A DNA stretch of 64,000 bases from Myxococcota bacterium (GTDB taxonomy: Bacteria > Myxococcota_A > UBA9160 > PR03). Positions 46,770 to 55,521 of the stretch are shown piece by piece (the first letter of the stretch is position 1; every line of letters starts with the position of its first letter). The notes below the pieces were generated by a model. That model was given only the letters and a program-made list of their open reading frames with translations. It made no database searches and was not told the origin of the DNA. The stretch spans positions 82,765 through 146,764 of the forward strand of contig JBFIML010000003.1 in assembly GCA_041611735.1 (NCBI GenBank), read 5' to 3'. A program made the translations under genes and the position numbers.

Positions 46770-47969
46770 ATGGATCTGCGTTACTCGGAGTCGGACGAGC
46801 GGTTTCGCGGCGAGCTGCGCAAGTGGTTGGCGGAGGCGGTCCCCGCCCACGGGCCGCCGCCCCCGGCCCACGACTGGGCCGCACGGCGCGCCTACGACAC
46901 CGGCTGGCAGCGCAAGCTCCACGACGCCGGCTATGCCGGCATCCACTGGCCCACCGAGTACGGCGGTCGCGGCGCCTCGCCCACGGAGCAGCTGGTCTAC
47001 CACGAGGAGATGGCCCGGGCCGGCGCGCCCTACATCGGGGTGAACTTCGTCGGCATGCTGCACGGCGGCCCGACGCTCGTCGCCGAGGGCACACCCGAGC
47101 AGAAGGCGCGCCACCTGCCGCGCATCCTGCGCGGCGAGGAGGTCTGGTGCCAGGGCTTCTCGGAGCCTGGCGCCGGCTCGGACCTGGCCGCGCTCCAGAC
47201 CCGTGCGGTACGCGACGGCGACGACTACGTCGTGACCGGCCACAAGGTCTGGTGCTCCTTCGCCCAGGTGGCGGACTTCGGCGAGCTCCTGGTGCGGACG
47301 AACCCGGAAGTGCCCAAGCACCAGGGCATCACCTGGCTCGTCCTGCCCATGGATCGGCCCGGCATCGAGATCCGACCGCTCCCGACCCTGGCCGGCGAAG
47401 GGGAGTTCAGCGAGGTGTTCCTGGAAGGCGTGCGCGTCCCGGTGGCGAACCGTGTGGGTGCCGAGAACGACGGCTGGCGCGTCACGAACGTGACGCTCCG
47501 CTTCGAGCGCGGCACCGCCTTCGCCATGGAGATCATCCAGCTCGGGGAGTTCGTGGCGGGCCTGGCACGCGTCGCGAAGCGGGTCACCCGTCACCACGCG
47601 CCGGCCTGGGAGGACGCGGGGCTGCGTCGCGAGATCGGCCGCGCCGCCGCGGAGGTGGATGCCCTGTGGGCCATGGTGAAGCTCTCGGTCTGCAAGGCCA
47701 GCGCAACGGGCGTCCCCGGCCTCGAGGGATCCGCCGTGAAGCTCCACTACAGCGAGCTCTACCAGCGAGTGACGGAGCTCGGGCTTCGGCTCCTCGGCCG
47801 CGCGGCCCTGTCCCGGGACGACGTGGCCGGCCTTCCCGTGAAGCCCCTGCTGTTCGAGGCCCTCAAGTCCCTGAACGCGACCATCGCCGCGGGCACCTCC
47901 CAGATCCAGCGCAACATCGTCGGGGAGCGCATCCTCGGCCTCCCGCGGGAGCCGCGGGCCCGTTCGTGA
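46770..47969 (+). CDS. Acyl-CoA dehydrogenase
   Basis: WPTEYGG, WCQGFSEPGAGSDL, GHKVWCS, TIAAGTSQIQRNI; ATG abuts element B and the stop lies in element C. Confidence 0.92.
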   Translation: MDLRYSESDERFRGELRKWLAEAVPAHGPPPPAHDWAARRAYDTGWQRKLHDAGYAGIHWPTEYGGRGASPTEQLVYHEEMARAGAPYIGVNFVGMLHGGPTLVAEGTPEQKARHLPRILRGEEVWCQGFSEPGAGSDLAALQTRAVRDGDDYVVTGHKVWCSFAQVADFGELLVRTNPEVPKHQGITWLVLPMDRPGIEIRPLPTLAGEGEFSEVFLEGVRVPVANRVGAENDGWRVTNVTLRFERGTAFAMEIIQLGEFVAGLARVAKRVTRHHAPAWEDAGLRREIGRAAAEVDALWAMVKLSVCKASATGVPGLEGSAVKLHYSELYQRVTELGLRLLGRAALSRDDVAGLPVKPLLFEALKSLNATIAAGTSQIQRNIVGERILGLPREPRARS

Positions 47970-48046
47970 CTGATTGACTTTTCGGACGGGGTCGATGAGC
48001 ATGGCTTCACTTCTCGGCGAAAAGTCGATCAGTGAAGAACGTCCCC
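47956..48046. repeat. 91-bp inverted-repeat element C
   Basis: Left arm GGGCCCGTTCGTGACTGATTGACTTTTCG; right arm CGAAAAGTCGATCAGTGAAGAACGTCCCC; 33-nt spacer. Confidence 0.85.
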
Positions 48047-48056
48047 GGAGCGGGCG

Positions 48057-49034
48057 ATGGACTTCCGGCTGAGCCAGGACCAGGAGGCGCTGCGCGAGGG
48101 AATCCGCGTCTTCTGCGCGGGGCGTTTTCCGACCGAGCGGCTTCCGGAGCTCGGCAAGCAGGGGACCCTGGACCGGGAGCTCTGGCGCGAGCTCGCCGAG
48201 ATGGGCGTCTTCTCCTTGCGGCGGCCGGAGCAGGAAGGAGGCGTCGGGCTCGGCTGCGCCGAAGCCGTGCTGGTCTTCGCCGAGCTGGGACGACGTCTCG
48301 TGCCGGGCCCGCTGGTATGGACGCAGCTCGCGGCGGAGTGGCTTCCACCGGCGGCGTCGGGCGAGCGGGTCGTGACGGGCCTCGACCGGGCGAACGGGGA
48401 GCCACACCTCGTCGAGCACCTGGCAGTGGCGGACGCGGTACTCGTGCTCCGGCAAGACGGGGTCCATCGCGTGGATCCCCAGACGCTCCGCGCCGAGGCC
48501 GTGGCGACGCCCCTCGACCCGCTGACCCCCGTGCACCACGTCCTCGAGCTCGCCGCCGGCGAGCGCCTGGCCGGCCCCGAGGCGGCGACCCGCCTGCGCC
48601 TGGAGGGCGCGGCCCTGGCGGCGGCCCAGCTCCTCGGCATCGCCGAGGCCACCCAGGAGCTGGCCACCGCCTACGCCTCGCAGCGCCACCAGTTCGGACG
48701 CGCCATCGGCTCCTTCCAGGCGGTGAAGCACCTGCTGGCGGACGCCTACGTGCGCCAGGAGCTGGCGCGGGCCGCGGTCTACGCGGCGGGGGCCACACTG
48801 GACGACCCGGAGGTCGGCGACGTGGCGCGGGCCGTCTCGGCCGCCAAGCTCGTGGCCGGGGAGGCCGCCCTCGCCAACGCCCGTACCTGCATCCAGGTGC
48901 ACGGAGGCATGGGGTACACCTGGGAGGTCCCGGCGCACTTCTATCTGAAGCGGGCCTGGGTGCTGGAGAACGCCTTCGGGACCGCGGCCCACCACGCCGA
49001 CGACGTGGCCACCGGCCTGGCGACGCGCGCCTGA
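48057..49034 (+). CDS. Acyl-CoA dehydrogenase family protein (short partner subunit)
   Basis: MDFRLSQDQ, RHQFGRAIGSFQAVKH, QVHGGMGYTWE. Confidence 0.88.
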   Translation: MDFRLSQDQEALREGIRVFCAGRFPTERLPELGKQGTLDRELWRELAEMGVFSLRRPEQEGGVGLGCAEAVLVFAELGRRLVPGPLVWTQLAAEWLPPAASGERVVTGLDRANGEPHLVEHLAVADAVLVLRQDGVHRVDPQTLRAEAVATPLDPLTPVHHVLELAAGERLAGPEAATRLRLEGAALAAAQLLGIAEATQELATAYASQRHQFGRAIGSFQAVKHLLADAYVRQELARAAVYAAGATLDDPEVGDVARAVSAAKLVAGEAALANARTCIQVHGGMGYTWEVPAHFYLKRAWVLENAFGTAAHHADDVATGLATRA

Positions 49035-49078
49035 GCGACCGCCCGGTCGGCCCTGAGCGGGCGCCTCCCCCGACCTTT

Positions 49079-49107
49079 TTGACGCCCCTCCGGACTTCCG
49101 ATACGTT
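49079..49107 (+). promoter_or_regulatory. Sigma70-type promoter TTGACG-N17-TACGTT upstream of the SDR-thiolase operon
   Basis: -35 at 49079-49084, 17-nt spacer, -10 at 49102-49107. Confidence 0.6.
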
Positions 49108-49118
49108 GCGTATCGAAA
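49096..49118. promoter_or_regulatory. Candidate operator palindrome copy 3 (TTC-CGATACG-TTG-CGTATCG-AAA)
   Basis: Perfect 7-3-7 inverted repeat at 49099-49115 covering the predicted -10 box. Confidence 0.68.
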
Positions 49119-49168
49119 AGCCGGCGCCCGGGAGCGCCGGCCCGGAGGCGGGGGCAGGGGAGCGGGCG

Positions 49169-50065
49169 ATGGCGATCCTCGACGGCAAGGCCGCCGTGGT
49201 GACGGGCAGTGGGCGCGGCATCGGACGCGGCCACTGCCTCCAGCTGGCGGCCCAGGGCGCCGCCGTGGTCGTGAACGACGTGGACGAGGCCGAGGCCCGC
49301 AAGGTCGCCGACGAGATCGCGGCCCAGGGCGGTCGAGCCATCCCGAACGGCGACGACGTGGCCAGCCGGGAGGGCGCCCGTCGTCTCGTCGCCCAGTGCG
49401 TGGACGAGTTCGGTGCCATCCACGCGCTGGTGAACAACGCCGGGAACGCCCGCGACCGCTCCTTCCTCAAGATGAGCGACGACGAGTTCGAAGCCGTCTT
49501 CCGTGTGCACGTGCTCGGCACCTTCCGCTGTGGTCAGGAGGCGGCGCTCCGCATGCGCGACCAGGGCAGCGGCGGCGCCATCGTGAACACGGTCTCGGCA
49601 GCCCACTTCGGGAACTTCGGGCAGACGAACTACGCGGCCGCCAAGGGCGCGATCGCGTCCATGACCTACACCTGGGCCGTCGAGCTGGCGCGCTACGGAA
49701 TCCGCGTGAACGCCATCAGCCCCCTGGGCACCACGCGCATGTCCGAGACCGCGCAGGCCACGGGTCCGGACGGAAGACCGCTGGAGTTGCCCTTCATCGA
49801 CCCGACTTTGAATGGGCCCTTCGTGGCCTACCTGTGCAGCGACGAGGCGGACTGGATCACCGGCCAGGTCTTCGGAACCGGCGGCGAGCGCGTGGTCGTC
49901 CTCGAGCAGCCGCGCTACGGAACCGGCATGTTCCGGTCCGGCGGCTGGCCGGTGGAGGAGCTGCGCCGGCACTTCCGGACCCAGCTCGGCGACAAGCTGG
50001 AGCCCTTCGGCCTGATGAAGCGGCCCTATGCCTTCCACGGCGGCGTGAAGCCGCACAAGAGCTGA
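49169..50065 (+). CDS. SDR oxidoreductase (MFE-2/3-hydroxyacyl-CoA dehydrogenase-like)
   Basis: VTGSGRGIG, VVND, NNAG, GNFGQTNYAAAK. Confidence 0.9.
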   Translation: MAILDGKAAVVTGSGRGIGRGHCLQLAAQGAAVVVNDVDEAEARKVADEIAAQGGRAIPNGDDVASREGARRLVAQCVDEFGAIHALVNNAGNARDRSFLKMSDDEFEAVFRVHVLGTFRCGQEAALRMRDQGSGGAIVNTVSAAHFGNFGQTNYAAAKGAIASMTYTWAVELARYGIRVNAISPLGTTRMSETAQATGPDGRPLELPFIDPTLNGPFVAYLCSDEADWITGQVFGTGGERVVVLEQPRYGTGMFRSGGWPVEELRRHFRTQLGDKLEPFGLMKRPYAFHGGVKPHKS

Positions 50066-51474
50066 TGCCCGGCATCGTCTCGTACGGGGCCTACGTGCCG
50101 CCCACCCGGCTCGGCCTCTCCGCCCGGGCCGGCCGGCCGGCCCGGGAGGGCGAGCCCGAGAAGGCCGTGGCCTGGAGCGACGAGGACGCCGTCACCATGG
50201 GGGTGGCGGCGGCGCGGAACTGCCTGACGGGCTTCGCGCGCGACGAGATCGACGCGCTCTTCTTCGCCACCACGAGCCATCCCTTCCGCGAGAAGCAGAC
50301 GGCAGCCTTGGTGGCAAGGGCCCTCGGCATGCGCCGCGACGTGCGCACCGTGGACCTGGCCGGCTCGCTGCGAGCCGGTCTGGGAGCGCTGCGCAGCGCC
50401 GCCGATGCGGTGGCAGCAGGCTCGGCGCTTCGCGCTCTGGTGGTAGCGAGCGATTGCCGCATGGCGGCGCCCGGCTCGCCCCTGGAACGAAACCTGGGCG
50501 ACGGCGCCGCCGCCTTCCTGCTGGGCGAGCGAGACGCGATCGCCACCCTCGACGCGGCCCACGCGGTGGCGGACGAGATCGTGGACGTCTGGCGCGGCGT
50601 GGGCGACCGCTTCGTGCACGCCTGGGAGGAGCGCTTCGTCCTTCAGGAGGGCTACCTGCCGCGCAGCGTCGAGGCGGTGCAAGGACTCCTCGAAAGGACG
50701 GGGGCGGACGCCTCGGCCTTCGCGCGGGTCGCGCTCTACGCGCCGGACGCGCGTAGCCACGCGGGCGTGGCGCGCGCCCTCGGTCTGCGGGGCGAGCAGC
50801 TGGTGGACCCCCTGTTCGGCAGGCTCGGCAACGCCGGCTGCGCCTTCGCACCGCTGCTGCTGGCCTCGGCCCTGGAAGCGGCGCGCCCTGGCGAGCGCCT
50901 GCTGGTCGTGGGCTACGGCGACGGCGCCGAGGCGCTGGCCGGCACCACGACCGCGCACCTGGAGAAGCTCGGCCCGCGTCGTGGCGTGGCCTGGCACCTG
51001 GCGCGGCGGCGCCCGGTCCGAAGCTACGCGCACTACCAGCGCTCCCGCGACCTCGAAGCCGCAGAGTGGGAGCGCGGTGGCGACCCGGGCCTCTCCGCCA
51101 CCGTCCACTTCCGCGAGCGCGACGAGGATCTGGCCCTGACCGGCCAGAAGTGCCGGCGCTGCGGCGCCGTCCAGTTTCCGAAGCAGCGGGTCTGCGAGAC
51201 CTGCTTCGCCAAGGACGACTTCGACCCCCATTCCTTGGCGGAGCGCACCGGCCGGGTGGTCACCTGGACCTTCGATCATTTCTTCCCGACCCCCGAGCCA
51301 CCCACCATCGTGACGGTGAGCGAGGTAGACGGCGCCCGGCTCCACCTCCAGCTCGTGGACACGAGGCCCGAGGACGTGCGCCCCGGCCTGCCCGTGGCGT
51401 TCAGCTTCCGCCGCATCCACGAGGTGGGCGGGCGTCCCAACTACTACTGGAAGGCGATCCCGCTTCCCGAGTGA
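50065..51474 (+). CDS. HMG-CoA synthase-like domain (no catalytic Cys) fused to DUF35 Zn-ribbon/OB-fold
   Basis: GIVSYGAYVP, DEDAVTMG, GDGAAA, GNAG, YGDG; C-terminal CRRCG...CETC, FRRIH, NYYWK. Confidence 0.82.
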   Translation: MPGIVSYGAYVPPTRLGLSARAGRPAREGEPEKAVAWSDEDAVTMGVAAARNCLTGFARDEIDALFFATTSHPFREKQTAALVARALGMRRDVRTVDLAGSLRAGLGALRSAADAVAAGSALRALVVASDCRMAAPGSPLERNLGDGAAAFLLGERDAIATLDAAHAVADEIVDVWRGVGDRFVHAWEERFVLQEGYLPRSVEAVQGLLERTGADASAFARVALYAPDARSHAGVARALGLRGEQLVDPLFGRLGNAGCAFAPLLLASALEAARPGERLLVVGYGDGAEALAGTTTAHLEKLGPRRGVAWHLARRRPVRSYAHYQRSRDLEAAEWERGGDPGLSATVHFRERDEDLALTGQKCRRCGAVQFPKQRVCETCFAKDDFDPHSLAERTGRVVTWTFDHFFPTPEPPTIVTVSEVDGARLHLQLVDTRPEDVRPGLPVAFSFRRIHEVGGRPNYYWKAIPLPE

Positions 51475-51481
51475 GGCTCCC

Positions 51482-52636
51482 ATGCGCGAGGACGCGATCC
51501 GCGACCAGGTGGCCGTCGTCGGCGTAGGCTGCTCCCAGTTCGGCGAGAACTGGGACCAGAGCCCCGCCGACATGATCGTCGACGCCGCCTACGAAGCCTA
51601 CGCCGACGCCGGCATCGAGAAGCCCCAGGAGCAGATCGACGCGGTCTTCACCGGCTCGATCTACTCGAACAAGGGGCCCCACGAGTGCAGCGACGCCCTC
51701 AAGCTCTGGAAGCCGGTCACCCTGGTCTCCAACTACTGCGCTACGGGCACCGACGCCTTCCGCTGCGGCGTGATGTCCATCGTGGCCGGCATCTACGACG
51801 TGGTCCTGGTGGTGGGCTACGACAAACCCAAGGACCGCGGCGTGGCTGGCCCCAGCGTGGTGATGAGCCAGGTGCGCGACCTGCCCCAGACGCCCGCCGG
51901 CTGGTTCTCACTCTGCGCCGCCACCTACTTCGAGAAGTACGGCGCCGGGCGCGAGGACCTGGCCCGCATCGCGGTCAAGAACCACCACAACGGGACGCTG
52001 GCGCCGAAGTCCTTCCTGAAGCGCGAGATCACCGTGGAGGACGTGCTCACTGCGCGCATGATCTCCTGGCCCTTCGGACTCTACGACTGCGCGGCCCAGA
52101 CCGACGGGGCGGCCGCGGCGATCCTGGTGCGGGCGGACCAGGCGAGGCGCTTCCGGAACGACCCGGTCCTGGTGAAGGCCGTGACGGTCTGGGCGGGCCC
52201 GAATCCCCAGAAGGACCCGGGCCACGACTTCCTGTCCTGGAAGCCCACGGTCCACGCGGCCCGGGAGGCCTACCGGCAGGCAGGGATCACGGATGCGCGC
52301 CGCGCAATCGACGTGGCCCAGGTCCACGACTGCTTCACCCTGACCGAGCTGCTCTCCTACGAGGACCTCGGCTTCTGCGAGAAGGGCGCCGCGAAGGAGC
52401 ACATCGCGGGCGGCACTTTCGCGCTGGAAGGCGAGCTTCCGGTCAACACCGATGGCGGACTCAAGAGCTTCGGGCACCCGACCGGCGCCACCGGCGTGCG
52501 CATGATCTACGAGAACGTGCTCCAGCTCCAGGGACGGGCGGGAGGGCGGCAGGTGAAGGATCCTGGCCTGGCGCTCAGCCACAACATCGGCGGCCACCCC
52601 ACGGCCTGCGGCATCGCGATCCTCGGCGCGTCCTGA
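51482..52636 (+). CDS. SCP2-type thiolase (acetyl-CoA acetyltransferase)
   Basis: VSNYCATG, KNHHNG, VHDCFT, NTDGGLKSFGHPTGATG, HNIGG. Confidence 0.9.
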   Translation: MREDAIRDQVAVVGVGCSQFGENWDQSPADMIVDAAYEAYADAGIEKPQEQIDAVFTGSIYSNKGPHECSDALKLWKPVTLVSNYCATGTDAFRCGVMSIVAGIYDVVLVVGYDKPKDRGVAGPSVVMSQVRDLPQTPAGWFSLCAATYFEKYGAGREDLARIAVKNHHNGTLAPKSFLKREITVEDVLTARMISWPFGLYDCAAQTDGAAAAILVRADQARRFRNDPVLVKAVTVWAGPNPQKDPGHDFLSWKPTVHAAREAYRQAGITDARRAIDVAQVHDCFTLTELLSYEDLGFCEKGAAKEHIAGGTFALEGELPVNTDGGLKSFGHPTGATGVRMIYENVLQLQGRAGGRQVKDPGLALSHNIGGHPTACGIAILGAS

Positions 52637-52652
52637 CCGGGGAGGAGGGGCG

Positions 52653-53450
52653 ATGGAGTTCGAGACGATCCGTTACGACAAGCAGGAGCGCGTCGCCACG
52701 CTCACCCTGAACCGCCCAGCACGCCACAACGCCTTCGACCTCCGCATGGCCCGGGAGCTGACCCGGGCCTGGCAGGCGGTGAAGCGGGACCCGGAAGTCG
52801 TGTGCGCGATCGTGACGGGGGCGGGCAACCGGGCCTTCTGCACCGGAGCGGACGTGGCGGACGTGGCAGCGGGCGAGGCCGGCGAGAGCCCGGCGGACTG
52901 GCGCGACTCGCCCTGGCTGCGCCTGACGGCCATCCAGAACCGCTGCTGGAAGCCCGTCGTCACGGCCGTGAACGGGATGTGCTGCGGCGGCGGCCTGCAC
53001 TTCGTGGCGGACAGCGACCTGGTGCTCGCCTCCGAGACCGCGACCTTCTTCGACACCCACGTGAAGGTCGGGCTCGTGTCCGGGCTCGAGCCCGTGGGGC
53101 TCACGCGGCGGCTTCCCCTCGAGGCAGTGCTGCGCATGGCGCTGCTCGGCGGCGCGGAGCGCATGGACGCGCGCCGGGCGCTCGAGCTCGGCCTGGTGGG
53201 CGAGGTGGTGGCGCCGGAGCGGCTGCTGGCGCGAGCCCGGGAGCTCGCCGGGCGGATCGCCCGCCACTCCCCCGCCGCCCTGGCAGGCACCAAGCGCGCC
53301 ATCTGGGAGGGTCTCGATCGGGGCCTCGAGCCGGCCCTGGACCATGCCTGGACCCTGATCCGCAAGCACGATGCGCACCCCGACGTCCGGGAAGGCGCCC
53401 GGGCGTTCGTGGAGAAGCGCCCTCCGCGCTGGGCACCCTTCGCCGGCTAG
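52653..53450 (+). CDS. Enoyl-CoA hydratase/isomerase
   Basis: LNRPARHNA, FCTGAD, VNGMCCGGG, FFDTHVKVG, EGARAFVEKRPP. Confidence 0.9.
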   Translation: MEFETIRYDKQERVATLTLNRPARHNAFDLRMARELTRAWQAVKRDPEVVCAIVTGAGNRAFCTGADVADVAAGEAGESPADWRDSPWLRLTAIQNRCWKPVVTAVNGMCCGGGLHFVADSDLVLASETATFFDTHVKVGLVSGLEPVGLTRRLPLEAVLRMALLGGAERMDARRALELGLVGEVVAPERLLARARELAGRIARHSPAALAGTKRAIWEGLDRGLEPALDHAWTLIRKHDAHPDVREGARAFVEKRPPRWAPFAG

Positions 53451-53453
53451 CGG

Positions 53454-54200
53454 ATGTACGAGCAGATCCGCTTCGAGACGAGCGAGGGCCTCGCCACCCT
53501 CACACTGAACCGCCCGGAGCGGCTCAACGCCTACACGCCGCGCATGGGCGAAGAGCTGGTGGACGCCTTCGGGCGCGCCCGGCAGGACGACGCGGTGCGC
53601 GCAGTGGTCTGGACCGGCGCCGGCCGGGGCTTCTGTGCGGGCGTGGACCTCGAGCTGCTGAAGCAGGCCCGGGCGGGCGCCGGCGGCGACGGCCCGAAGC
53701 TCGGGGAGGAGGCGTTCCTGCGCTCCTTTCCCCTGGAGCTGGCCGCCTACCCGAAGCCCGTGATCGCCGCCGTGAACGGGCCGGCCATCGGCGTCGGGGT
53801 CACCATGATCCTGGGCTGCGACGTGCGCCTCGCCGCCGACACGGCCAGCCTCGGCATGCCCTTCGTGCGGCTCGGGATCCTGCCAGGCCTCGGGAGCAGC
53901 TGGTGGCTGCCGCGGCTGGTGGGGCCGGCGCGCGCTCGGGAGCTGGTCCTCAGCGGGCGCAACGTGCCGGCCCGGGAGGCCGCCGAGATGGGACTCGTGA
54001 ACCGGGTCGTCCCCGCCGACGCCCTGCTCGGCGAGGCGCGCGCCCTCGCACGCGCCATGGCCGAGGCGTCTCCGGAGGCCCTGATGCGGGCCAAGCGCGT
54101 CCTCGACCGGGGCGCGCGCGCCTCCCTGGAGGAGGCCCTGCGTGACGAGCAGACCGAGAGCGAGGCCCTGCGCGCCGCGCTCGCCCCGCGGCGCGGCTAG
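53454..54200 (+). CDS. Enoyl-CoA hydratase/isomerase
   Basis: LNRPERLNA, FCAGVD, VNGPAIGVG, FVRLGILPGLG. Confidence 0.9.
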   Translation: MYEQIRFETSEGLATLTLNRPERLNAYTPRMGEELVDAFGRARQDDAVRAVVWTGAGRGFCAGVDLELLKQARAGAGGDGPKLGEEAFLRSFPLELAAYPKPVIAAVNGPAIGVGVTMILGCDVRLAADTASLGMPFVRLGILPGLGSSWWLPRLVGPARARELVLSGRNVPAREAAEMGLVNRVVPADALLGEARALARAMAEASPEALMRAKRVLDRGARASLEEALRDEQTESEALRAALAPRRG

Positions 54201-54239
54201 CGCGGCGGGTTCCCCAGCCAAGCGACCTGCTCTCCCGGC

Positions 54240-54546
54240 TCGCTGGGATGGGAGAGAAGCACGATGCTCAGACTCCCGATCATCGCCGCCACGGGAGCTG
54301 ACCTACGCCGTAGGTCCGCGGAAAGAGCATCAGCAGCCTGTCTCGGCCCACGCCCGGGTCTCCCGAAATCGAGATTGAAGACCAGACCCGCCAGCGCAAA
54401 CGCGGCGCGCTGGTGACGGGCACACCGTTCAGGCAGGGCAGTGTCCGTATGGTCATGAACGCGTGGTAGATGAAGGCTGGATAGAACAGCCCAACGTAGA
54501 GCGGCAGCCGATTGTGCAGGAACATGACGGAGAACTCACCGTGCCA
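54240..54546 (-). pseudogene. Probable remnant of a membrane protein gene
   Basis: Lower-GC intergenic stretch. The minus frame reads WHGEFSVMFLHNRLPLYVGLFYPAFIYHAFMTIR (protein-like TM segment) with non-coding-looking flanks. Another hydrophobic fragment (AAMIGSLSIVLL) lies in a different frame. Confidence 0.45.
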
Positions 54547-54634
54547 GCGCGGGCGCTGCCCTGCACCGAGCAGGGCCGTCGGGGTCTGGCGTCCGCCACG
54601 GCACCCGCGGCATGCTTCCCTCGGAGGTCGTTTC

Positions 54635-55477
54635 GTGGCAAGCCTCGAGGTCCTGATCGACGGGCTGGCCTTCCCGGAGGGCCCGCGCTGGCGGGAGGGC
54701 AGGCTCTGGTTCTCGGACATGCACCATCACGTGGTGATGACCGTGGACCCGAGCGGCGCGACCGAGGAGGTGGCGCGCGTGGAGGCGCGGCCCTCGGGCC
54801 TGGGCTGGCTCCCGGACGGCCGGCTGCTGGTCGTCTCGATGCTGGATCGGCGCTTGCTGCGGCTCGAGGGGGGCGAGCTGGTGGAGCACGCCGACCTCTC
54901 CGAGCTGGCGCCGTGGCACTGCAACGACATGGTGGTGGACGGCCACGGCCGCGCCTACGTCGGGAACTTCGGGTTCGATCTGGACGGGGGCGAGGAGCCG
55001 CGCAAGACCCCGCTCGTGCTCGTCCATCCGGACGGGCGCGCCGAGGTGGCGGCCGAGGGCCTGCGCTTCCCCAACGGCGCGGTCATCACGCCAGACGGCG
55101 GCACCCTGGTGGTGGGGGAGACCTTCGCCGCGCGGCTCACCGCCTTCCGCATCGGTGAAGACGGGCGTCTCACGGATCGGCGCGAGTGGGCTCGGCTCCA
55201 GGGCGCGGTGCCGGACGGCATCTGTCTCGACGCCGAGGGGGCGATCTGGGTGGCCTGCCCCGTCTCGAACCAGCTCCTCCGCGTGTGCGAGGGCGGCGCG
55301 GTCACCCACCGCATCCCCAGCGACCGCAAAGCCATCGCCTGCATGCTGGGCGGCGACGACGGCCGCACCCTGTTCGCCCTGACGGCACGAACGACGAGCC
55401 CCGACGAGGCGCCGAAGCAGCGTTCCGGACGCGTGGAGCGCGTGCCAGTCGACGTCCCCGGAGCCGGCTGGCCCTAG
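54635..55477 (+). CDS. SMP-30/gluconolactonase/LRE family protein
   Basis: FPEGPRW, WFSDM, CNDMVVD, FPNG, PDGICLDAEG; GGAGG RBS before GTG. Confidence 0.9.
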   Translation: MASLEVLIDGLAFPEGPRWREGRLWFSDMHHHVVMTVDPSGATEEVARVEARPSGLGWLPDGRLLVVSMLDRRLLRLEGGELVEHADLSELAPWHCNDMVVDGHGRAYVGNFGFDLDGGEEPRKTPLVLVHPDGRAEVAAEGLRFPNGAVITPDGGTLVVGETFAARLTAFRIGEDGRLTDRREWARLQGAVPDGICLDAEGAIWVACPVSNQLLRVCEGGAVTHRIPSDRKAIACMLGGDDGRTLFALTARTTSPDEAPKQRSGRVERVPVDVPGAGWP

Positions 55478-55521
55478 CGACGCGCGGGCGTGATAGGATC
55501 GGCCGCGGGCCAAGAGGAGTG

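Noticed and set aside
36859-48046. Elements as Tn3-derived MITEs because of the GGGG ends
   Set aside because: No 5-bp target duplication at any copy and arms are shorter than typical 38-bp Tn3 ends. Not fully excluded for old copies.
55445-55463. CAGTCGACGTCCCCGGAG resembling an element right arm
   Set aside because: Only a short match, no partner arm about 90 bp upstream, and it encodes the ordinary VDVPG end of the SMP-30 protein
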